Below, one piece after another: positions 47,937 through 60,820 of a stretch of DNA of 64,000 bases. The notes under the pieces were generated by a model that saw only the letters and a list, made by a program, of their open reading frames with translations, made no database searches and was not told where the DNA came from. The stretch comes from Orbicella franksi (taxonomy: Eukaryota). Where the stretch lies: positions 7,440,001-7,504,000 of the forward strand of contig OZ116702.1 of NCBI GenBank assembly GCA_964199315.1, read 5' to 3'. A program made the translations under genes and the position numbers. Within the stretch, counting starts at the first letter, position 1. Every line of letters starts with the position of its first letter.

Positions 47937-48380
47937 CAGGAAAGATGGCAGAAGATAGAAGAGAACGAAAAAAACAGGAAAACATAGCTAGGAGAGACAG
48001 GGTGAAAAGTAGCAATAATAATTTATAGTAATAACAATAGTACTAGTGGTATGAACAAAAGCAAGGAGCAGGGTCTGTAAGAGAGTAAAGAGCTCAGTAT
48101 TCGTAACGAACCTCACGGCCAAATAGGAATATACTCAATGGTTCTTTTAAAATATTTTATTAACATGTTTGTTAAAAAAAATTGTAATATTGAACAAACT
48201 GCTGCTGGTGCAGATCTACGGTTCTATTTCTACTTTATAACACTGATAACGCTGCTAATTATGTAGCAACATGAAAATTCTCCTTAGTTGCAGTTATGCG
48301 TTTATAACGGTAAGAGGTAAGAGACAACGATGTATAATCTGAAGCCTCCATGTCAAGTTCCACTTATAAACTGCCTTCTC

Positions 48381-48715
48381 ATTAACCCTTCAAGCCCTGA
48401 TTTCAGAATACAAGTTCTCCTTATTGCTCTCTGTACATTTCTTATAGTACTAGTTGGGAGAATGTGATGATCTATCAACCCTTTAAGCCCTGATGTTAGC
48501 ATACAAATTCTTCTTACTGCTCGCTATACATTTCTTATAGTAGTAGATGGGAGAATTTGATGATCTATCAACCCTTTAAGCCCCGATGTCAGCATACAAA
48601 TTCTTCTTACTGCTCGCTATACATTTTTAATAGTAGTAGTTGGGAGAATTTGATGATCCATCAACCGTTTGAGTCCTGACATCAACATACAATTTCTCAT
48701 TACAGGTTTCAATAC
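48381..48715. repeat. 93-bp tandem repeat, about 3.6 copies
   Basis: Unit starts (at(t/c)aacc) at 48381, 48474, 48567 and 48660. Confidence 0.9.
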
Positions 48716-49960
48716 TTAAAAATTTAATATTGAATATCAGACCTAATCAGTAGCTGTTGCCCGTCATTTCCTTTAGCCATGAAATAACTACATTCCTATA
48801 ATTCTTTTCGGAGAAATAAACTGAGATGCTGAGCGCAACGTTTTGTCGGATTTGGTAAGAAGTTCTTTTTTGCGTGTTTATGGACCTCGACACCGACTCA
48901 GCCCATAAAGACGCCAAAAAGAGGCCAATATCGAGCCATTTTGACCGAACAATCTTGGTCAATAAAGGATTTATTATATACTGTATGGAAAAAACACTAT
49001 TTTCTTGCGGTGCACACCGGGTAATCCCTCGCGGGCAAGATAGCGCCATCTTGCCAGTCGGGTAGCCAACCACAGCGCAAGATATAGCTCATCTTCCCCG
49101 CGCACGAAGCTAGCCATGTAATAACAGTTGGTTAGGGACTGGGTGTTGTGGTTACCATATCTTATTTGACCTGCTTTGAACGGTCGATAGCTTGCTATAA
49201 ACTTGCTTATCGTCTTCCAAACAGAACTGAAAAAAGACTCTAAATGTGGTAAAGTAAAAGAATAACAAGTAAAAAGAAAAAAATAAATGACTCAAAGATC
49301 CAAAATATCACCAGAATGGTTATTTGATTTCTTGAAATTTTCTCACGAACGGCCAATTTAATGAATTGTAATCCACCTCCATTCTTGTAACCATTATCAC
49401 CTTTCCCAAAATACTTGTTCTGATTTGCTCGGTAGAAACTTCTAGTCCGATGTATTTGTGATATTTTGCAATATAATACGGAAATTCCATCAAATGCTTA
49501 ATTTATACATGATGTTGAGTTCCGATCAGGCTATACATAAAAACAAATATAAATTTGGGCGGCCTTGGGTTTCGGTTTATTGCAGCTGTGTTGCTGTATA
49601 TCAGCGAAAAACCCAGGTCACGTTTAATTTTGTTCGAAGATTCCTCTCTTATTGCAAGCATCAAAGGTTCTTGTCAAATTGCTAATCTGCTGTTCGACGC
49701 TAGATCAGAGTGACCTGGTCGTTTTACTTTCTGGCATGCGCGCCAGGTCTCTCCCTCTTATTCTCTTGAAAAAAACTAGTTTAAAAAATAGTTTTGGTTC
49801 AAGTCAGAGGTTTATAAAAGTATCTTATAAACTTCTGGTCAATGTTCTCTTTCCTCCGGAATAAGATTTTAATTCTTTTAGGCTTCCTAGTATTTCTTTC
49901 GTTTTTTTTTCCACAGTTTTCACGAGATTCCAATAATTTTGAGATTCATCTTGATATACA

Positions 49961-50231
49961 CAGAGCGGTTTTCTTAGGTTGTCGTAAAACCAAAACCAAG
50001 GTAATCACTCTAGCCAATCACAAATTGCACAGGCAATCTAGTGAACCAATCAAAATTCAATGTATTTATGTCGTGGACGCAAAGCGCGGGAAAACGAGCG
50101 CGAACGAGTCACGATTGGCTTTGGTTTTACTTCTGATTGGATGAAAAATTGACGCGAGTTTTTTAAGCCAATCGTCTGGCGTAGCGATGCAAAACCAATT
50201 ACTTTTCGTCATTCAAATGAAAACCGCTCTA
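49961..50231. mobile_element. MITE-like repeat with agagcggttttc termini
   Basis: agagcggttttc at 49962 and gaaaaccgctcta ending at 50231; internal ccaatca/gattgg motifs. Confidence 0.6.
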
Positions 50232-50866
50232 TAACACAACTGGTCTAATTATCTCCTGAATTCTTTACCCAGGACCTTTGTTCTCTTCCGGCTTACCTAC
50301 CTTACCTACCCAGTCAAAAACAAAAAAAACGTTTCATCGCTGGTCATGAAGAATGCAGCCTCTAGGACGTTCATCCTGTCCTATTTAGTCTGTTCCAGGC
50401 TCTCGGTCAGTGAAGACTATCAAAAAAGCGGGCGAGACGAACGAAAAAAGAGCGGGACTGATCCTTACTTTTTTCTCTCCCAGACCCCGCTCGTTTTTCT
50501 TTCAATCGCCGGCTTTTTTGACCGTTCGCACTGGCGTGACACGAGGATCTGGAACAGGCTAGTCCTATTAGAACAAAGGTCCCGATTATTCAAAGTACGG
50601 TTGCGTCAATCAAGGTTAGCATGCACTTTTTTTTTATTATATTTCGGTTTTGCAACCTTTAAAGACATTTCCCGTTGTTGTCGTTTTTCTCTCTGTTTTG
50701 ACTTTCGGCTAATCTGCAAAATATTAGCAGTTGTATTTAGAAATCGAATGTAAAAACCACGATTAACTTTTAATTCTAGATAAGCGATAATCGTATTTCG
50801 GACAACCGGGTTAACTAAAATATACCTATAGGAGCCGCAATTCCTGTAATGCTTCATGAACGATGC

Positions 50867-52642
50867 TTAAAACAACACGGTAACAATGATTACGTAAACG
50901 AGTATAAACGAAGTGATTCGTATTTCGTTGCCTCTAGTTCCCCGACTTGCCACGGCTAAAACACGACATTCTTTCTCTTTTAAAAACGTTTTATAATACT
51001 CACGCCAAAACGCCATCTTGGTTGGCTGATAGTTGATCGCCATTGAGGGCTCCTCCAGAATCCGAAGGTAGACCATGTGACTCTGGTTAAATCTCTCCCA
51101 TGAGGCGCCGCCCACAGGCCCTGGTGTCGGATTACCGTATTTGGCAAAATTCGTGAACAGTGTTATGACCATGTCGCTTACGTTTCTGTCGGCTTCGTCG
51201 AAGTTTTGAAGGACGGTGAGGTTCATCAGTGGAAAACCGAACTGGTATGGTGTGTCATCCTTATGCCTTACGCCCAGCCATTCGGGCGAGGGGTCCAGTT
51301 TCGAACGATACGCGAACTCATAGAGGTAGGCTGGGCTATGCTTGCTGTGGAATGTCAAACTCGCATGCGCGGGTTCTGCAACGCAAGAATGAGTGATTAC
51401 ATCCGAAAACCCGCGTCTCAGTTTATTGAGGTCTTCAACGTAAGGCCACGGAGTGTTCATAAAAACAACCGCGTCTATCAGAGATTCAGCCACCTTGGTT
51501 TCAGGTGTCCATGTCTGTCCGTATCTGCTGAGGATGTATTGCAGCACAAAACTGACCGTTTCTGGAAAGTTTTTAACGGTGAGAGCATTGATTTGGCTTG
51601 GAAAGAAGTACGCTCCTTCCTGGCTTGTGAAGCCCGCCATGAGTGTGACGCGGTTGAATTTCCCGGATTTTCTGAGACTTTCGGGTGTGTCTGGTAGGAA
51701 GTCACCATCCACTACAGGTCTCCATATATTAGCTGTGTTGAGCAAAAGTTTACGCGCTTCCCTTGAGCGAAGGCACGTTATGATCGCGCTGCTTTCATCT
51801 ACGGGACATTTCACTGCTTTAGCCAAATCTTTTGTGTGTTTCACAGCAGAAGTGTTTGATCCAGTTGCATAAGGAGAGAATTCAACACCGCTTATAGCAA
51901 TAGCACGGTGAAAAAGGTCCTTCGAGCGAGGAGACAGCACGTGCAGTCCAACACTAGACCCACCTGCGCTTTCACCAAATATGGTAACACTTGACGCATT
52001 TCCTCCAAAGTCTTTGATGTTTTCTTGGATCCACTTCAAAGCCGCGATCTGGTCCAACATCCCATAATTTCCGGGTGCCTCAGGGTCACCAGTTGTAACG
52101 AAACCAAAGGGCCCCAATCGGTATTGTATGGTGACCAGAACGACTCCCCACAGGGGTATCACATCTCCGGGGGATACGACGGGGGTACCCACCTCGTACC
52201 CCCCACCGTGAATGTAAACCATGACCGGGTAGGAGTCTCCGGCCGCTGAGCTGTCAATCCGGTGGGGTGTGTAGACGTTCAAGAACAGGCAATCCTCGCT
52301 CTCTGGGTGGGAGAAATTCGGCCAGAAGAGCACATTGTAGTCGCCGGGTTGTATGCAAATGCTTCGAAAGTACGAGGCGTTGTAAGTAGCAGGTTTCCAA
52401 GCGGAGACTGGCTTCGGAGGTCTAAACCGCAATTCTCCGACCGGCGGCGCAGCGTACGGAATGCCAAGAAACTTGTTCACAGCTTTGATGGGTTTGTTGA
52501 TACTCGGGAAGCGGCGGATTACTCCCTGAATTGATCCATATCTTGTGCTAATGACAACATTGTCATCTGCAGACTTGACAAAATTAGTCTCACCGATTGT
52601 AAGCACGAGGAAAGCTGCAATCAACATTGCGCGCAATTCCAT
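50867..52642 (-). CDS. CE6: single-exon type-B carboxylesterase, 591 aa
   Basis: Signal peptide, SEDCLFLN, HGGGY, GESAG, FTSQEG, GVRHKDD, hydrophobic C-terminus. Clearly closest to CE5. Confidence 0.95.
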   Translation of the reverse strand: MELRAMLIAAFLVLTIGETNFVKSADDNVVISTRYGSIQGVIRRFPSINKPIKAVNKFLGIPYAAPPVGELRFRPPKPVSAWKPATYNASYFRSICIQPGDYNVLFWPNFSHPESEDCLFLNVYTPHRIDSSAAGDSYPVMVYIHGGGYEVGTPVVSPGDVIPLWGVVLVTIQYRLGPFGFVTTGDPEAPGNYGMLDQIAALKWIQENIKDFGGNASSVTIFGESAGGSSVGLHVLSPRSKDLFHRAIAISGVEFSPYATGSNTSAVKHTKDLAKAVKCPVDESSAIITCLRSREARKLLLNTANIWRPVVDGDFLPDTPESLRKSGKFNRVTLMAGFTSQEGAYFFPSQINALTVKNFPETVSFVLQYILSRYGQTWTPETKVAESLIDAVVFMNTPWPYVEDLNKLRRGFSDVITHSCVAEPAHASLTFHSKHSPAYLYEFAYRSKLDPSPEWLGVRHKDDTPYQFGFPLMNLTVLQNFDEADRNVSDMVITLFTNFAKYGNPTPGPVGGASWERFNQSHMVYLRILEEPSMAINYQPTKMAFWREYYKTFLKEKECRVLAVASRGTRGNEIRITSFILVYVIIVTVLF

Positions 52643-55600
52643 ATCAAGCTCTCTCGACCTCAGTTCAGTGCAGATGTGCGCAGCTCTTCAGTTTCACATT
52701 CAAGGCAAAAAAAGACGGTCTTTTGACGATTCTTAATATTCGGCGAAACCCCGTTGAAAGATCACTTAATCAGAAAGGAAAGGCTGGTCTAATGTCAGAG
52801 ATCTTCCAAGGCCTCCGCTCTGTTGAATTATCAGAAAAATGTATATGTTTGCGTTAAAAGCTTTAAGTGGGCGGAGACGGTATGTCAGCTTACGTCAGGT
52901 TATGCAAGTGCTAACATTGAAGAATTGTAACTTACCTCTGTTGCAAAAACAGCAAGGCTTCACTCTGGATCAACTGATCAAATGTTGAAATCCCCAGAAA
53001 CAAACGCACCGTACTTAATGTGTAAGTAAATACATAGTTGGCCATACCATCCAATTGGAGGCCTCGGCACAGGACAAATATGTGTTTATCGGATTTTTAT
53101 GAAAGGCAAATATACTGAAACAAAGGACGACGGACGAGAATACGCCATGTAAATATTTGGAACATGTTCAAGCATCACGGTCTTAGCAAAGCAATGGCTT
53201 AAAAGGTCAATTGAATTCAGTGGCCCAACGTCAAAAGGGTATTGGGCAATTTTTCCCGCAGACTTTGGGGTACCACTTTCAAATTTGATTTAGATAATGA
53301 TATTCCGAAGCAAAGTTTTGCTTTTAACAGAAAAATCAGAGGCGATAACGATTAACATTTTTTGCAGCTAATTTCGGAAGCACTTGATGAAGCTGTAAAA
53401 TCATATCTTTTCATCAACGAGAAAATTAATATAGCATTTCATTTGGTTCTCCATGACGCTACAGCCAAATCTATCACGGCCAACAAAGGATACAATGAAC
53501 CTCGCTCCGATCTGGTGCGATAACAGACAACAAAGAGCATATTCGTTTCCTGTGACAATTTATTGACTTATTTGCCAGATATTAGTCATTTTTACTTAAT
53601 TACCTAATAACGGCCATAGCCAAAGTCAACAAAGATTTTCACGCGCGAAAGGCTAAGAACCCAAGTAATGCAAATAGCCATTCAGATTGATTGACATAAC
53701 ACTGCGCTATAACTCAGCGGCAGCTTTTTGAGTATGAGGTCCTTAAAAGGACTGATTTGCTTTTAATAAAATCAATTTATTATTTTCTATGTTGACTTCG
53801 TTGACACCTCACATGAGCTTGAAACAATTAACCCTTGTAGTCATTTTGACTACTTGAACAAAAAAAAAAAAACCCAGAAGCTTCGCTCGATACAAATTAA
53901 CGATGGAATGGCGGAGAGTAGCAAGTTGCAAAATACATATTAAAAAAAGTACTTATGTTTTTCCAAACTCGTTGAAACTCCATAAAAGATTCAAAAGCCC
54001 TGCCATCAAACGACGACACGATTCAGTTTACCAAGCAGTCTTACCCTCGAGAATAGTTTAAACAATTTATTCAATTAATCATGAATTACAATACCTTTTT
54101 TTCAGAAGTCGCAAAAACTCGGCGGAGTATATTTGAAGCTTGCCTTGTCTCCAGATCTTTTTATATTCTTTTCCTAGCGCAACACCTTTTCCACGGCGCG
54201 TATTTTTAATAGCTATTTTTCCCGAGGCAAAATTTGAAGTCTTTCCATATGTTAGCAGATTAGGCAGATCACAGATAAGGATGGACTAATCATAAATTTC
54301 CACTACTATTCTTCGTATGGCGTCAACTAGCCTTTCCGGTTTTGCTCCTGTACAAAGCGCAAAAAAGGTGTCCGCCATAATATTCATTAAAAGAAAACTT
54401 TTGATTCTTTAAGATAACAGCAAAATCACGGAATTACTTTCCGCGTATGTGAATGCTGTTTTTCTTTCTCGCATCTTTATTGTTTTGTACCCCTTTTAAG
54501 CCGAGAATTCAACGATAAACTACGATGAACTCGTAGAAGTAATAGGTACAATTTGTTCGTCCGTATGGAAAGATTTGGCCTCAAACTGTTAACTTGTAAG
54601 CGTATGAAACATTGTAGATTCCTTGAAAGAAGTTATTAAAATATGGCGTTGTTCGTTGAAAAGATTATGTCAGCTGCTGCGCTTCTAAAACACCGGTCAA
54701 GCTATTTTCTGACCGAAAAGAGCGTCATTTAAGATCGGGTTAAGGACTTACTTAAGAAACAGATGTTGGGCAAGAAAGATATTTGAAAATTTTCCAGATG
54801 ATTGCGAAACTATTTTGGCGTCGAATACTTCAAGTAGGACCACCATGAGATTTACTCGAAAGCACCGAGCGGTTGATTTTCAAACTGCATGGCAGGTCCT
54901 TAAGGAAGAGAAGGCTAAACAACGCATCAGATACGGCAAACAGCAAAAAGGTTGGCGTTGATTTAGCTCACTTTTATTTCGAATTAATGGTTTAATTCAT
55001 AGGAAAATGAAAAACAATTTACACATTCAGAAAGAACTGACGCTAACTGCGTAACTGAACGCACAGCAAAAGAGGGACTTTTATCGCTCCGCGGAGAAAT
55101 TAAGGCGCTTACGCACTTTGGAAAACTCGGACTGTAAAAATATAATGACTAGACATTTCAGCTTAGAGTCGGTGAAAGAAATAATGGGTTATCAATATAT
55201 GTTAAAAGCTAGACGAGCAGTTTGTTTTCAAATATAATTACACATGCACTGATACCTGAATGCACCCTACAAGCAGAGCCTTTTCTTACGGTACATAAAA
55301 GATAAAGCAAAAAGAAATAAAAGAGGCTCTGCTCGCACGGTGACCTGAATGTCAATTTAGTCTGATTCGATGTTGTAGCGCTGTTCTCGCTTTGATTGCG
55401 TCATGGTTGGCGGGGAAGGTATCAAGTACAGCCAAGATTTTTTACCGCGAAATTGTCAGAATTTTTTGTATCATAGTTAAGCTGTTTATGAAAGGGGCAT
55501 GAATACGGAATTAGTGGGTTTGAGGCTGAATAAATAGGAAAAAGGGAAGATTAAAGCATGATTAACATTAAGAACTTTTGATGGACACAGAAATACGTGC

Positions 55601-58019
55601 CGCTAACATATATTTAGCTCTGGAGCAGTTTTCATTTTCTTATTTCATTTCTATAAACTTTCATTTCAGCTCACAAAAAATTCGCCTCTAACGGCAAGTT
55701 CCCCTACAACACGTACAACAACATCACCTAATAGAGAGCATGAATTTTCACCAGGATAATCTTTGCTGTGTAGCGGCTTTTAGCTGGACGATTTTAACAA
55801 ACGCACAAAACGCCAAGAAGTCACTTGCCTTAAGTCTACTTCTTCTCTTCGCTCGAAACACGATCTACTCATTGAGAAAGCGCGCGACGAAAACGCGCTG
55901 TACTATTAAACGCGCTGAAAGGTTTTGGAGAAAGTCTATCCACGGACTCTTTCAACATATTAATTCTCAATAATGTTTATTATACATTTTGTTTATCCAA
56001 GTTTTGAGAATTTGATAATAATCAGTAAAGTATCCCTCGTTGTTCGCGGCGTGCCCTTTTTATTTTCGTCGCTGCTTAACTGGAGCATGGCCATAATACA
56101 TATCATTGGTATAATTTTGACGGGGTCGGAAGCGCGACTCCAGGCTGAACTGGTGCTATCGAGATGATTGCCTTCTTTCACTCCTTTGTTGAAATCCAGG
56201 CAACAAATCGTTTATTTTGCCATCCGCGCCACACTGCCTCTCGGACATTTGTTGCTCGCTCGAGCTCGTTCAATAATTATCACTTGAGTCAAACTTATTG
56301 GGGTCGAGCTTTTGCTAATTCGTGGATTTGTTCACTGCCATGCGAAGCGTCGTTGACTGTGGACTGGTTGCTATAGTACGCACTCTCGTGTTGTAGAAGC
56401 TTCGTTCTGGAGGTCTTGGAAACATTGCCCAAGGATTTCAGGTTGATTTTGCGACCTTTCTTAATCTTCCTCTATTCTTGTTTATTTTAGGTTTGTTGTT
56501 ATTTTGTGGGTTTTTTCTATCTTAGATAGTGTGATTTTCAGGATTTTGTTTTTTCTCGATCTGAAATAAATTGTGCACAATGCAAAAACGACTTTAAATA
56601 GCGTAACAGCTTCTCCAAATAGGAAAAATTAATGATTTTTCTTTGTGTTGTGGATCAGGGAAAGTTTCTACTAAAACAAAATGATTCTCTTCCCTCATTT
56701 TCCTCAAGCAATATGCAATAGTCAGCTGCTAGAGCCTCCCCCATCCCCCCATGAGGGGTAGTGGTTGGGTCCCTGAGTTTTTTTGGCGGGGATGTGTCGT
56801 ACTTCTCTTGAACCCTCACCTTATTTCAGACCTGATCGTAATCTCGATATTCTTTTTCAAATCCGGCTAAAATTACTGCTCGTCGCTCTTGTATGACCTC
56901 AGGTAGCCGGGAATGTCCTGCATGAGCATAAACAGCTGCCGAGACTGGGTTTTCGATTTCTCCGGCTTTTATGGCAGAGAACTACTGAGTTTCATCTAAA
57001 CAACATGCCTACCAAACATATCCGAATTCACACCAAAATGGTCAAAATCTATAATCGATTTCAGACTAAATCAAACGATTTAGTACCATACCCTTTGGAG
57101 TTGCACAGGCTTACACGACTTATAAAGGAAGTTCTGCCTTCCTTCCCTCTCACCGCCAGTGTAGAAATAGACAAAGAGAAGTAAATCGTCTTCGACTTTA
57201 GATTTGCTGGGGGGAGGGGGAGTGGGGAGATAGTAAGGCTTTTCTCCTTCCTCGGCTGATGCGAGGACATGATAAAAGCCCTAGCAGAAACAACTCTGAG
57301 TGATTAGCGCGATAAGAATTAAATTCACTACAGTCTAAAACGCAACGCGACAGGAAACGTTCTCACTAATCTACGGACCGAAAAGTTTCGAAAATAACTA
57401 CCCTACCTAGGTAAACGAGCAAGTCAAATTCAAGGTTATTATTAAATTCCAGTAGTAACATTTTCCGAGTGTGAAGACCTTAAACTTTATTCATAAGTTG
57501 GCTGTCTATAGGTCAATTGGCGTCCAATGGAGGAAGACCTGTGTTTATGTCCATTCCTGGGTTACAAGTCCATTCCACTCCAGATTTCCCTTTCCAAATG
57601 CCTCGTGTTGATCCACGCCCTCTGTCCAAAATACTGCTATTTTCTTTTGCTCGATCGATGCTTTTGCTTGGCGTATATCTCAAGAGCTGTCCACAAAATC
57701 AACAAACTATTAGTGCACAGATCAGTAGAAGAATGTCATTGCACGAGCTGCTTACGACGGAAATACTCCTGCTTAAGTAATAAATAAACAAACGCACACG
57801 AAACGACCTCCTAAGTTTAGACTATCAGTATATTGCGAACGTGTTTGTGATGTGTAAACCCTGCTTTTATGCCAAAAAAAAAAAATTCATGGTCGATCTT
57901 TCTGTCGGTATCACAAGACTAGATGTGATTTTTTTTTCGGAGAAATTCTTGCTTCGAAAGGACAAAGAATAAATAGTTTATAAGCCGGGGAAATGGTTTG
58001 TTGCGTCAGTTTGCATGTC

Positions 58020-59154
58020 ATGAGTTGCCAGTAATCGGATACCCGTGTTTGCGAAAAGAACTCTGGGATCGTCAGGGGGCAACCATTGCAAGTCGCTAGA
58101 AGGAAATGTATGGCGAAAAGTTGTTTCGACGCCCAAAAACATGGTTTTGGAGAGAGATCAACGCTTTTTCGCCGTTGTTTTATCGCAAATTGATTTTGGC
58201 AATTTTGATACATGGAAAATGTAAGTTTTTGTTTGAATAACCGTGAAATAAGTGAAAAAATTTACCGATAAACTCCCTTTTGCTTGCGTGAGGTTTATTG
58301 TGAAATACATTGAATAGAATATTGAAAATTTCAATACACGCCTGATCTCGAGAGACTACCCGGAGCAAATGGTAGAAAAGACCCTCCGAGAAGTTAATAT
58401 TAAGACAAAAAAGAAGCTCTAAAACAGAAATCGAAAATTGCAGAACGAACTACTACCCTTTGTGTCGGGCTATTTTACTCAAACGTCAATACCAAGCTTT
58501 GGAAAGCACAATCACGCACAAATGGCACTTTCAAATACAAATACTTAGAGACATATTCAGGGAGCTACCCTTGATCTGTTACAGAAATGGAAAATCACTG
58601 AAATACGTGCTTGTAAAAGCAAAACAAAGGCTTTGAGCAACACAGTAGCCACACAGCATGAGTCGCGCGGACTCATTTGTCATTAAATCAACCCCTGACA
58701 GTACAATGATCGCCACTGGGCTTATTTCCAGTATTATTTGTATGACTGAGCTTTCAAATAAGCCAAAAGTAGCCTGTACACAACTTAAAAGGCTTTACTG
58801 GGTTATTCCTCCGTCTCGATTTATACCTAATTAATTTTGTAATATTTTCAGACCATTACGCGATGTAAATTTCACAATAAACCTCACGCAAACAACGGAG
58901 TTTATCGGTAGATTTGGTCACATATTTCACGGTTATTCAAAGAAAAACTTACATATTCCACATATTAACATTGCCCAAATCCATTTGCGATAAAAACGAC
59001 GGCGAAAAAGCGTTGATCCCTCTCAAAAATCGTTTTCTTGTACCTCGAAACAACTTTTCGCCATACATTTCCTTTTAGCGACTAGCAATGTTTGCCCCCT
59101 GACGATCCCAGAGTTCTTCGCGCAAACACGGGTATCCGATTACTGGCAACTTAT
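58020..59154. mobile_element. Fold-back element with imperfect inverted arms of about 290 bp
   Basis: 58020-58310 is the reverse complement of 58863-59154 (e.g. gttgccagtaatcggatacccgtgtttgcg / cgcaaacacgggtatccgattactggcaac). No TSD found. Confidence 0.8.
58309..58636 (+). pseudogene. Decayed Penelope-like retroelement C-terminal fragment between the fold-back arms
   Basis: Frameshifted translation NIENFNTRLISRDYPEQMVEKTLREV...LLPFV...KWH...RDIFRELPLICYRNGKSLKYVLVKAK*, resembling the L..RGYP...PFV..Y...P...YR+GKSL+D.LV+AK signature of Penelope-like RT C-termini (from memory). Confidence 0.65.
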
Positions 59155-60547
59155 TCATTTGTTTATCAAAGCTAAATAAGTCGGAGACAATCACTATTTG
59201 GTGCCGTCAGGGTCATATTTGTTATGCTAAGAAAAAGGTTTCAAAACACAAACATAGGTTCCCGCAATGTCGTTTCAAGATGATGGCAGATGATAGATAT
59301 CACGGCTATATCTGTGTAGAAAATAATTTTAACAATTCGAAAAAGCATTTCCTTACACTCGAAACTCGTTAGAAACAAAATCTTGCAAAGATTATTTTGC
59401 AGTATCTGTTTTAAATTTACTTCGAGTAGTTTGAAGGACACGATAATGTGTTGATGTATTGCCGTGCAGTAAACTTCACCAGAAACACTCAAAGGTGAAC
59501 ACTGCAATCAACAATGTGTTTGTCTGAATTTATTATGGACCCCCTCTTCTGTAATGCCTGTTTCTCCACTCAGAATCCTTGACTTGAAAATGGATTTCTA
59601 GCCGGGCAAAACGGTTCATCATTTCCTCGTGTAAATGAACGGCATAGAATGTAGAAAACTACCGAACAATTGGAAAGCTAAGAGGAAATGAATTTGCCCA
59701 GGTTTTACCTCAGTACTGTTCCGGTAGTCATGGCATCAATAGATTTGAAAAAGTATAGCGTATGAACCGTGAAACTGCTCAATATTTCAGCAATATGCGT
59801 AGTTTCTATCCCTCTGGAAATATTCAGATGCGGAAATAACTTAGACATTTTTAACATACCTGAAGCTTTAAAAATAGCGCAAGAATATTGGCTTTTGTCA
59901 CAGCCAAAACTACTCAGAGCCAAAATTAGAAACGATTCGTTCGACAGAGGGAAAACGTGAACTCATCCCGTCTTGCAGGACAACCTCGATTATGGGTCAA
60001 TATTGCCTCGGAACGAGGTTGCAGCCCCGAAGCCACGTGCACACGTCAATGCTTTGCAAGTGCGTGTCAGAAACGCTGTAGGCTGCCGCTAGCCAAAGAT
60101 GAACATTTATTTTCTAATGGCCCATGTTCGATATGTTATAATTCTAACGTGGCGCTGAGGCTTTCTGCCAAACGTTAAAGGTTGAGGCCGTATATATGTA
60201 AAGTTACAGCTATATTGCTGTATACGGCTATTGTCGAACCATATCTCGATTATTGCTGTCCTGTGTGGGACAGTTTCAAAAACGAGTTAGCCGACAAATG
60301 GCAAAAACTACAAAATTGCGCTATTAAATAGAGGCTAATACATGGGCGCGCGTAGATATGGAATATCTCAGCCATGAATGGCCGCGTAATCCAGGAGAAC
60401 AGGAAAATAATCTCTTGCGTAATCCGATTGGTTGATTTTAGTTACTGGCCCCCTGAACTAACCTATAGTCGTGTAATAACGCGCTGTAACGTTGTTTCCC
60501 ATGAGCAAACCAAATCTGAATTGGCGTGAATGTTATAATTATGGGAT

Positions 60548-60820
60548 CGTGACCACCACACGAGTACACCACACGAGTTTATACGAGTAACATACGAGCA
60601 CATACGAGTAGCATACGAGTACATACGAGTAACATACGAGTACATACCCTTAACATACGAGTACATACGAGTACATACGAGTACATACGAGTACATACAA
60701 GTAAATACGAATAACATACGAGTACATACGAGTAACATACGAGTACATATTATGTACTCGTAAGTTAAATTAGTCTATACGCGTATGTTACTCGATGTAC
60801 TCGTGTGGTGTTTTAGTCAC
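60548..60820. repeat. MITE-like element with a (CATACGAGTA)n core
   Basis: 10-bp tandem units at 60580-60750; caccacacgagtaca (60554-60568) is inverted at 60796-60810. Confidence 0.8.

Noticed and set aside
44371-52534. Medium-length ORFs overlapping CE5 and CE6 (and likewise CE1-4 and gag-pol)
   Set aside because: They are antisense or alternate-frame shadows of real coding sequence with no recognisable motifs.
54510-54700. Death-domain-like words (DELVEVIG...WKDLA) on the plus strand
   Set aside because: There are in-frame stops, no splice support, and too few matching positions to separate it from chance.
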